A stretch of DNA of 32,000 bases from assembly GCF_003945235.1 (NCBI RefSeq), contig NZ_RSDW01000001.1, forward strand, positions 3,750,001-3,782,000, written 5' to 3'. This document shows, in pieces, positions 25,229-32,000 of the stretch (position 1 is the first letter of the stretch; each line of letters opens with the position of its first letter). Both the position numbers and the translations under genes were made by a program. The notes under the pieces were generated by a model that was not told where the DNA came from, did not search any database, and worked only from the letters and a program-made list of their open reading frames with translations. The DNA is from Edaphobacter aggregans (GTDB lineage: Bacteria; Acidobacteriota; Terriglobia; Terriglobales; Acidobacteriaceae).

Positions 25229-28130
25229 AACCGTCCGCAGCTTCCTGCAAATTGGGCTCTACCTGCTCGCTGTCACTCTCACGGCACAAGCCGCCGGACC
25301 TCGCTGGGTCGGAGGTTCACCGTACTACACCAACCACGGCTCCCTCGTCGTCTGGTACACCGACTCTCCGCTCTACTTCACTGATCCCGGCGACCTCAGC
25401 CCCTCGGTCGACCACGCCGCCGCAGACGCCATCGTCGCCGCCGCAGCTGGTGTCTGGAACGTCTCCACCTCCAGCCTCGTGCTGACGAGCGGTGGCACCC
25501 TCGCAGAACACGTCAGCGGAGCGAACGTCTACGCCACCCCCACCGGCCTGGTCTTCCCCGCCGACGTGCAGAGCGCCAACTATCAATCGATCCAGATCGC
25601 CATCATCTACGATAGCGACGGCTCCGTGACCGACCTGATGCTCGGCGGAGGAGCAAGCAACCCCTCCGGCTGCCGTCAGAACGCCGTCACCGAAAGTGTC
25701 GACTCGATCACCGCTGACAGCCATATCCAGCATGCCATCCTCGTCCTGAACGGCCGCTGTACTGGACCCGATCCGCAGCAACAACTCCAACTTCAGTACC
25801 AGCTTATGCGGGCCTTCGGACGCATCCTCGGGCTAGGCTGGTCGCAGACCAACGACAATGTCTTCACCGGTAGCCCTACGCCGACTTACAACCAGGCTAT
25901 CAACTGGCCAATCATGCACCCAATCGACGTCATCTGCGGTCTTTATACCTACCAGTGCATGCCGCTGCCTTTCACCTTGCGCCCTGACGACATCTCATCG
26001 CTGGACTATCTTTATCCGGTCACGTCCTCCAACCCTGCTCCCGGCAAAGAAAACACGCTCCTGAACGGCAACCAAATCCGCGGTACGATCACATTTCCAA
26101 ACGGACAAGGCATGCAGGGCGTCAACGTTGTCGTTCATCGCGAGCAGGCCTTCTGGGCCTATCCCGAGGCCTGGCAATCAGTCTCTTCCGTCTCCGGATT
26201 TCTCTTCCGCCGCGATGGCGACAACCCTGTCGACGGTCCCGTCGCCCCAGCTGTCACCAACATGGGTACCTACCTCGCAGCCGTTGAGGGCTACTACGAG
26301 ATGGCTCGCGTTCCCATCCTGGCCCCGCAGTATGATTGGCAGAACGCGGTCGTCACTACGGAGCCGATCAACCCTCTCTACACTGGTCAATACGCCGTCG
26401 GCCCCTATGATGCCGGAACGGTCGAGCCATCAGGCACAACTTCCGCAGGTCAGGCCTGGCTCATGACCCCCTATACCCAGGCCGAAATCGACTTCCCCGC
26501 CACTGTCTCAACCAGCAACAGCGCGCCACCTGCTTCCGGTACTGCGTACTCACCCGTCAGCACCGACTCACAAGGCTGGTGGACAGCCTGCCTCTGCGAC
26601 TACGCTCGCACCGCCTGGTCCACCCTTGCCGTTCGGTCCAACCGCACGCTCACGATTGAGGTCACAGCACAGGACGAGCAGGGTTACACCACCGCCTCCA
26701 AGATGATGCCGATCATCGGCGTCTGGAACGTCGCTGACGCCACAGGCAGCCTGCCTACAATCGCTGCCACCGGGACCGCCTTCAATGGCACTGCCGTTGG
26801 CATGACGACCTTAGCCGTCCGGAGTACGCAACCGCAGCAGTTACGAATCGCCATCGCCGACCAGCGCGGAGACGGCCGCCCCGACTACGCCTACCAGGGC
26901 CGCATTCTGTATGCCGACACCATTGCCCCTGCTAACGTTCCCGCAACCGGAGGCGCAGTCACCATCACCGGCATGGGCTTTCGACCGGGAAACGCAGTGA
27001 CGGTCAATGGAGTCGCCGCCACGGTCACCAGTTGGAGTCCTACCACCATCGTTGCCGCTGTTCCCACGCTCAGCGCGCTTCACTCTACCGCAGCGCTCAC
27101 TGCCGACGTTCAGGTCAAGGACCTCACGACCGGCGGCACGACCGAAATGGCCGCAGCACTCGCGTATGCCGCGCCCGTGCCTTCGCTCAATCTCATCACC
27201 GCGCCTTCCGGTACAGTCGCCGCCGGACAAATCGCCACGATTCCATTCACCCTAAGGGCACTGCAAGGCGATGGAGCGACGCCAATCGTAGGACAGCAGG
27301 TCACGTTCTCTGTCACTTCTGGAACCGTCCAGTTCAACGCCTGCGGAGCCGCCACCTGCACCTTGTTCACCGACGCCTCGGGCTACGTCACGACCGCCAT
27401 CACCCCACTCACAGCCGGGAGCATCATCGTTACGGCGACCAGCTCGATCGGTACCCAGACGGGCTCATTCAGCGCAGCTTCACTGGTCAGAAGTATCGTG
27501 GTGACTCCGTCCATTCAGTACATCGCCGCCGGAGCCAATGTAGCTTTGATCCTGCAAGTAGCCCTCACCGACAACATCTTCCCGGTCAACGGCGTACTCG
27601 CGAGCTGGATGCCCACGGGAGGTGCCATCGCATTTATGCCCGCTACATCCACCGCAAACGCCCAGGGAACAGCCGAGACCAATGCGGTTGCAGTGCCACT
27701 CGCATCCGGCTCTCAAGCCACGGCGTCTGTCTGCGCCTGGACCAGCGTTTGCACCAACTTCACCGTTCAAAGCGTAGACCCAAGCCTGTGGCGTCTGTCG
27801 ATCGTCAGGGGAGGCGGTCAGTCAATCTCTTCCACCGGCACACTCGTTCCCGTTGTCCTGCAAGTCACCGATCCAGCTGCCCACCCCATCGCAGGCGCGT
27901 TGGTCGAGATACACCAGACCATCGATGCATGGCAGCCCCTATGCCCCGACCGTGGCCGCTGTCCCATCGCTCCCGTCTACGGCGCCTCCACCGTCACAGC
28001 AACCTCCGACACAAATGGTATGGTCACGATCACACCCCTTGAACTCCCCGGAGTCGCCACAACCACCAACATCGCCGCGGCTACCGGAACTCAGGGCTTC
28101 GTCTCCCTCACCCTTCAGAAACAACCTTGA
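25215..28130 (+). CDS. Large secreted multidomain protein: degenerate matrixin (M10)-like domain + beta-sandwich + IPT/TIG + Ig-like (Big/invasin-type) repeats
   Basis: Signal peptide MPFRRTVRSFLQIGLYLLAVTLTAQAAG. QLMRAFGRILGLGWS (25803-25844), PIMHP and RPDDISSLDYLYP align with the matrixin blocks HEFGHxLGLxHS, the Met-turn and DDIxGIQxLYG, but with the catalytic residues replaced. IRGTITFPNGQGMQGVNVVV is a CarboxypepD_reg-like strand pattern. PATGGAVTITGMGFRPGNAVTVNGVAATVTSWSPTTIVAAVP (about 26925-27180) is IPT/TIG-like. Several C-terminal Ig-like repeats follow, e.g. VTFSVTSGTVQF...TDASGYVTTAITP. Confidence 0.8.
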   Translation: MPFRRTVRSFLQIGLYLLAVTLTAQAAGPRWVGGSPYYTNHGSLVVWYTDSPLYFTDPGDLSPSVDHAAADAIVAAAAGVWNVSTSSLVLTSGGTLAEHVSGANVYATPTGLVFPADVQSANYQSIQIAIIYDSDGSVTDLMLGGGASNPSGCRQNAVTESVDSITADSHIQHAILVLNGRCTGPDPQQQLQLQYQLMRAFGRILGLGWSQTNDNVFTGSPTPTYNQAINWPIMHPIDVICGLYTYQCMPLPFTLRPDDISSLDYLYPVTSSNPAPGKENTLLNGNQIRGTITFPNGQGMQGVNVVVHREQAFWAYPEAWQSVSSVSGFLFRRDGDNPVDGPVAPAVTNMGTYLAAVEGYYEMARVPILAPQYDWQNAVVTTEPINPLYTGQYAVGPYDAGTVEPSGTTSAGQAWLMTPYTQAEIDFPATVSTSNSAPPASGTAYSPVSTDSQGWWTACLCDYARTAWSTLAVRSNRTLTIEVTAQDEQGYTTASKMMPIIGVWNVADATGSLPTIAATGTAFNGTAVGMTTLAVRSTQPQQLRIAIADQRGDGRPDYAYQGRILYADTIAPANVPATGGAVTITGMGFRPGNAVTVNGVAATVTSWSPTTIVAAVPTLSALHSTAALTADVQVKDLTTGGTTEMAAALAYAAPVPSLNLITAPSGTVAAGQIATIPFTLRALQGDGATPIVGQQVTFSVTSGTVQFNACGAATCTLFTDASGYVTTAITPLTAGSIIVTATSSIGTQTGSFSAASLVRSIVVTPSIQYIAAGANVALILQVALTDNIFPVNGVLASWMPTGGAIAFMPATSTANAQGTAETNAVAVPLASGSQATASVCAWTSVCTNFTVQSVDPSLWRLSIVRGGGQSISSTGTLVPVVLQVTDPAAHPIAGALVEIHQTIDAWQPLCPDRGRCPIAPVYGASTVTATSDTNGMVTITPLELPGVATTTNIAAATGTQGFVSLTLQKQP

Positions 28131-28222
28131 ATCAAGCCTCTCCAATGCCTGATACCGGAACCCCTTCTTCGGCATCAAAATAGTAAGACAAGAAGCCGAA
28201 CAAAGATGAAGGAGCCTGAACC

Positions 28223-29593
28223 ATGGCGACAGGCAACAACGTACGCAAGCGAGTCATCGTGGTGGGCGGTGGCTTTGCAGGGATTAACGCAGCCATGGAG
28301 TTGGCGAAGCTCTCCGTGGACATCACTCTGGTCGACCGCAAGAACTACCACACCTTTCAGCCCCTTCTTTACCAGGTCGCGCTCGCCGTACTTTCGCCTG
28401 CCGATATTGCACAGCCGATCCGCTCCATCCTCCGCGACCATCAAAACGTCGAGGTCCTCATGGATGAGGTCGTTGGCTTCGACCTTTCCGATCAACGCGT
28501 TCTCCTCAAGACTGGCTCACAACTCGAGTACGACTACCTGATTCTCGCTTCCGGTTCCACCCATTCCTACTTCGGCAAAGATGACTGGGCAAAACTTGCT
28601 CCCGGTCTCAAGACTGTCGAGGATGCCACAGAGATCCGCCGCCGCGTCCTGCTCGCCTTCGAACTGGCGGAGCGACAGATGCAGGAGGCTGGCAGCCACC
28701 CTCCACTTAACTTCGTCATCGTCGGAGGTGGTCCCACGGGTGTCGAACTCGCAGGGGCAATCAGCGACATCGCCAAGCTGTATATGACGAAGGACTTCCG
28801 CCACATCGATCCCGCGACCGCCCAGGTGCTGATCCTCGAAGGATCACCCAGCATTCTCGCCGCGTATCCGCCCGACCTCCAGGTCAAAGCTCGCGAACAG
28901 CTCAACGCTCTTGGCGTCCAGGTCCGTACCGGGGCGCACGTCACCGACGTCCAGCCCGGCTATGTCATGGTCGACGACGAACGCGTAGAATCTGCTGTCA
29001 CGCTATGGGCCGCGGGCGTTCAGGCTTCGCCGCTCGGCAAACTCCTCGGCTTCCCGACCGACCGCCGCGGCTGCGTCCTCGTCGACCAGTTCCTGAACCC
29101 TCCGAACCACCCCGAGATCTTCATCTGCGGCGACCTAGCCCACGTCGAAGAGAATGGCCGACAGCTTCCCGGCGTTGCTCAACCTGCCATGCAGATGGGA
29201 GTCTACGCAGCCAGACGCATCGGCCGTCTTGTGGCGCGCGACTTCGGCAGCGACGGCACAGGTCTCAATCAACCCTTCCACTACTTCGACAAGGGCGACA
29301 TGGCCACCATCGGCCGCAAAGCCGCTGTTGCGAACATCAAATGGCCTTTCCACGGCCACTGGAGCGGCTTCCCCGCATGGATGACCTGGCTCCTCGTCCA
29401 CATCTTCTTCCTCATTGGCTTCCGCAATCGCATCGCCGTCTTCAGCCAGTGGGCATGGACGTATCTCTCATTCCGTGACGGAGCACGCCTGATTACCGGG
29501 TCACAAAACCTTCCCGGCTGGAACGAAAACTACGGAACCCCAGAGGATGCGTCAATCCAGAGGTCGCTCGATCTGGCAGTACCAAAGACCTAG
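28223..29593 (+). CDS. ndh: Type II NADH:quinone oxidoreductase (NDH-2)
   Basis: KRVIVVGGGFAGINAA first Rossmann fold, HTFQPLLYQVA signature, second fold VIVGGGPTGVELAGA, and a C-terminal amphipathic/hydrophobic tail WMTWLLVHIFFLIGFRNR, typical of NDH-2. Confidence 0.85.
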   Translation: MATGNNVRKRVIVVGGGFAGINAAMELAKLSVDITLVDRKNYHTFQPLLYQVALAVLSPADIAQPIRSILRDHQNVEVLMDEVVGFDLSDQRVLLKTGSQLEYDYLILASGSTHSYFGKDDWAKLAPGLKTVEDATEIRRRVLLAFELAERQMQEAGSHPPLNFVIVGGGPTGVELAGAISDIAKLYMTKDFRHIDPATAQVLILEGSPSILAAYPPDLQVKAREQLNALGVQVRTGAHVTDVQPGYVMVDDERVESAVTLWAAGVQASPLGKLLGFPTDRRGCVLVDQFLNPPNHPEIFICGDLAHVEENGRQLPGVAQPAMQMGVYAARRIGRLVARDFGSDGTGLNQPFHYFDKGDMATIGRKAAVANIKWPFHGHWSGFPAWMTWLLVHIFFLIGFRNRIAVFSQWAWTYLSFRDGARLITGSQNLPGWNENYGTPEDASIQRSLDLAVPKT

Positions 29594-29608
29594 AAGCTAC
29601 AAAATCAA

Positions 29609-29641
29609 AAGCGCGCCGGCCCAACAAGGGACGACGCGCTT
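29609..29641. terminator. Hairpin between convergent ndh and aldo/keto reductase genes, candidate (bidirectional) intrinsic terminator
   Basis: AAGCGCG (29609-29615) pairs with CGCGCTT (29635-29641), with additional inner pairs (CG/CG, CCC/GGG) around an aacaa loop. On the minus-strand transcript it is followed by UUUUGAUUUUG, which suits the reductase gene. On the plus strand it is followed only by CUUGCAG. Confidence 0.5.
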
Positions 29642-29663
29642 CTTGCAGACTTAATGCATTTAC

Positions 29664-30536
29664 TTACTTCGCCGACTGCTCGATCTCTTTCCACTCAGCG
29701 TCACTCAACTTCACGCTCGCAGCTGCGACATTCTCCTCCAGATGCTCAACCGAAGATGTCCCAGGAATCGGAAGCATAACCGCAGAACGACGCAACAACC
29801 ACGCAATAGAAAGCTGTGAGAGCGTAACCCCATGCCGCTTGGCTGCAGCATCCAGTTTTCCGCCGGGCTGTGTCAGCTTGCCAGCAGCAACAGGGAACCA
29901 AGGAATAAACGCAAGGCCATGCTTCGTGCAGTAGTCCACAACATCCTCATGCGTCCTGTCGCCGATGTTGTATAGGTTCTGCACGCTCACAATGTCGATC
30001 ACCTTCCGTGCCTGATCGATCTCGCGTGGCTTCACTTCACTCAGTCCTACGTGCCCGATCTTGCCCTGCTCTTGCATCTTCTTGATGACGCCAAGCGACT
30101 CCTCAACCGGCACCTTGGGATCGATGCGATGCAACTGCCACAAATCGATACGTTCTCGCTTCAATCGCCGCAGGCTCATCTCAACCTGCTGCTGCAGGTA
30201 CTCCGGACGGCCCACCGGCAGCCACTTATCTGGTCCCTGTCGCGTCAATCCGGCCTTCGTGGCGATCACCACGCCATCGGCATACGGAGCCAGCGCTTCG
30301 CCGATCAAGCGCTCGCTCACCTCCGGCCCATAAGAATCCGCCGTGTCGATAAAGTTCACCCCCAGTTCTACAGCGCGCCGCAAAACCTTCTTAGCCGTCT
30401 CAGGATCTTGGGGCTCGCCCCAAATCCCCTTGCCAGTGATCCGCATCGCACCATAGCCCAAACGATTGACCTTCAAATCTCCGCCAATCGTCAACGTCCC
30501 GCTCGCATTCGCTGTTACAACTTCGCTAGTAGCCAT
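29664..30536 (-). CDS. Aldo/keto reductase
   Basis: LGYGAMRITG, FIDTADSYG, DLWQLHRID and GLSEV blocks typical of the AKR superfamily. 290 aa. Confidence 0.9.
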   Translation of the reverse strand: MATSEVVTANASGTLTIGGDLKVNRLGYGAMRITGKGIWGEPQDPETAKKVLRRAVELGVNFIDTADSYGPEVSERLIGEALAPYADGVVIATKAGLTRQGPDKWLPVGRPEYLQQQVEMSLRRLKRERIDLWQLHRIDPKVPVEESLGVIKKMQEQGKIGHVGLSEVKPREIDQARKVIDIVSVQNLYNIGDRTHEDVVDYCTKHGLAFIPWFPVAAGKLTQPGGKLDAAAKRHGVTLSQLSIAWLLRRSAVMLPIPGTSSVEHLEENVAAASVKLSDAEWKEIEQSAK

Positions 30537-30600
30537 AGCTCATCAGATGCGACTCGAGCGGAAAACGATTTTGAGGCTCCAGCCAAAGCCATCCCTGGGA

Positions 30601-31500
30601 TCAGCCCAATCGCAGAGTCTCACCCTCTTCCAGTACCCGCACTCGCTCGCGAATCTCCAGCCGTCCGGCCTCTGCGCCAAGTCGTTGCACCGGTTCATCC
30701 ATCGGCTCCCGCCCCAGTCGAAAAGTCCCATAATGCATAGGCACCATCCACTCCGCACCCACTTCAACAAAAGCCCGCGCAGCCTCCTCCGGACTCGTAT
30801 GCACTGCCCGATAGCTGTCCGGGAAATAAGCTCCAATCGGCAGCAACGCCACCTCGGGCTTCAATCGTTGGCCAATCTCTCGAAACCCATCAAAGTAAGC
30901 CGTATCGCCCGAGTGATACACCGAATATCCGCCACTCTCCACGACATATCCGCCATACCCACGATGCGTATCGTTGAACATCCGAGCCCCCCAATGTCTG
31001 CATGGAGTCATCGTCACCCGCAGCCTCTGCACCTCCAGCTGCTGCCACCACTCCATCTCGTGCACCCGCGCAAATCCCAGCCGAGCCACCAGATCTTCCA
31101 CGCCCTTCGGCACCACGACCTCAGGAGCCCTACCCGTCAACCGCAGCGTCGCCCGCACGACACGCCTAAGTGAAGCCATATCCAGATGGTCCATATGCGC
31201 ATGTGTCAGCAGCACCAGATCGATAGCCGGCAGATCCTTCACCAGCAGTCCAGCCCTCCGCTGTCGCCTCAGCAAAATCAATCGCTTGGAGAACACCGGG
31301 TCCACCAGGACATTCTTCCCACCTACTTGCAGCAGAAACGAAGAGTGGCCAATAAACGTAACGCCTAACTCCTCCGGCGTCACCAGCTCCGGCAGCCGCG
31401 AGACCCCCGCCATAGGCTGTTCATGGCTCTCCCGAACCAGCCGCCAAAGCTGCCCTAACTTCGTCACCACAAAAGGTCTACGCTGCAAAACTTGAGCCAT
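30601..31500 (-). CDS. MBL-fold metallo-hydrolase (cytoplasmic, Zn-dependent hydrolase type)
   Basis: VTFIGHSSFLLQ, LLTHAHMDHLD (HxHxDH) and VYHSGDT. Probably co-transcribed with the downstream aldo/keto reductase (64-nt gap, same strand). Confidence 0.85.
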   Translation of the reverse strand: MAQVLQRRPFVVTKLGQLWRLVRESHEQPMAGVSRLPELVTPEELGVTFIGHSSFLLQVGGKNVLVDPVFSKRLILLRRQRRAGLLVKDLPAIDLVLLTHAHMDHLDMASLRRVVRATLRLTGRAPEVVVPKGVEDLVARLGFARVHEMEWWQQLEVQRLRVTMTPCRHWGARMFNDTHRGYGGYVVESGGYSVYHSGDTAYFDGFREIGQRLKPEVALLPIGAYFPDSYRAVHTSPEEAARAFVEVGAEWMVPMHYGTFRLGREPMDEPVQRLGAEAGRLEIRERVRVLEEGETLRLG

Positions 31501-31719
31501 CTTTTGATTAGATGCTTTCCATTACGCAGACGTATCATCTTTGACCTCGGCCACCAATCCCACACACTTCCGCATCTATCCAGTGAAAGGGGGTCGCAGA
31601 TTATCCCCGCCGACCACAGCCTCGACAAGCCCCCTGATCCACGCCAGCAACGTATCTGGGATTATGTCTCCCGATCACCTTTACGCTCGCTTTGGAACCT
31701 TCACGGCATCTCTCCCCGT

Positions 31720-32000
31720 GTGATAGCAAAACGCACCTGGAGGTCTTTCATTGACGATAGCCTGTTAGGTCACGCAGCCGAACTCGGTTTTTACTTCCTT
31801 TTTGCGCTCTTTCCAACTCTGTTCAGTGCCAGCGCACTCCTCGGTCTAGCCGCTCGCTCGGCCTCTACCATCTATGACCGGCTCCTTCATTATCTCTCTC
31901 TCGTCATTCCGACATCAGCCCTTGGTATCGTCCTGCAGACGTTCAACGAGACTACAGCTGCCGCAACCTCAGGCAAATTGACCTTCGGCCTGATCGCCTC
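31720..32000 (+). CDS. YihY/BrkB-family membrane protein, N-terminal part (continues beyond the right edge)
   Basis: My translation of the open frame: (V)IAKRTWRSFIDDSLLGHAAELGFYFLFALFPTLFSASALLGLAA...TFNETTAAATSGKLTFGLIA. It has the family pattern W..F..D....AA.L.FY.L..LFP. The only in-frame start candidates are the GTG at 31720 and an implausible TTG at 31504. The start is uncertain (see finding). Confidence 0.6.
   Translation, partial: MIAKRTWRSFIDDSLLGHAAELGFYFLFALFPTLFSASALLGLAARSASTIYDRLLHYLSLVIPTSALGIVLQTFNETTAAATSGKLTFGLIA

Noticed and set aside
28145-28175. Possible terminator hairpin after the 971-aa gene (ATGCC...GGCAT).
   Set aside because: It has only a 5-bp stem around a 21-nt loop with poor internal pairing, and no U-tract.

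Overview
High-GC, densely packed chromosomal segment. The gene content and protein style suggest Acidobacteriota (Terriglobia-like): a TonB-dependent receptor with a carboxypeptidase-regulatory-like N-terminus, many secreted glycoside hydrolases, and Ig-like giant proteins. This taxon call is an inference, not a search result. I support about 30 protein genes. Left to right they are: a partial TonB-dependent receptor (-); LysR regulator + VOC/glyoxalase-fold protein (+); two tandem paralogous exported proteins with a CXXCH motif and squalene-cyclase-type QW repeats (-); a clan GH-A/GH5-like hydrolase (-); a GT1/MGT glycosyltransferase, Zn-alcohol dehydrogenase, SDR and secreted MBL hydrolase (+); nadC-birA-coaX (+); glpK-glpD-glpF (-, with 4-nt stop/start overlaps); an M2 (ACE-like) peptidase (-); a GH28 polygalacturonase (+); yggS-DUF167 (-); a DUF486/DMT membrane protein (+); trxB (-); three unknown genes ending in a 971-aa secreted protein (+); NDH-2 (+); an aldo/keto reductase and an MBL hydrolase (-); and a partial YihY/BrkB-family gene (+). 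I found no rRNA, tRNA, CRISPR array, transposase, integrase, phage gene or recognisable defence gene. Most of the window is ordinary housekeeping or carbohydrate metabolism. Two places deserve a second look. (1) The duplicated CXXCH + QW-repeat genes at 3142-5605, which also share a conserved upstream block. (2) The unknown cluster at 24209-28130, whose large protein carries a matrixin-like domain in which all three zinc-ligand His and the catalytic Glu appear substituted (an apparent pseudoprotease) fused to IPT/Ig-like repeats. Neither is demonstrably a new system from sequence alone. All family assignments come from motif recognition by eye, not database searches.
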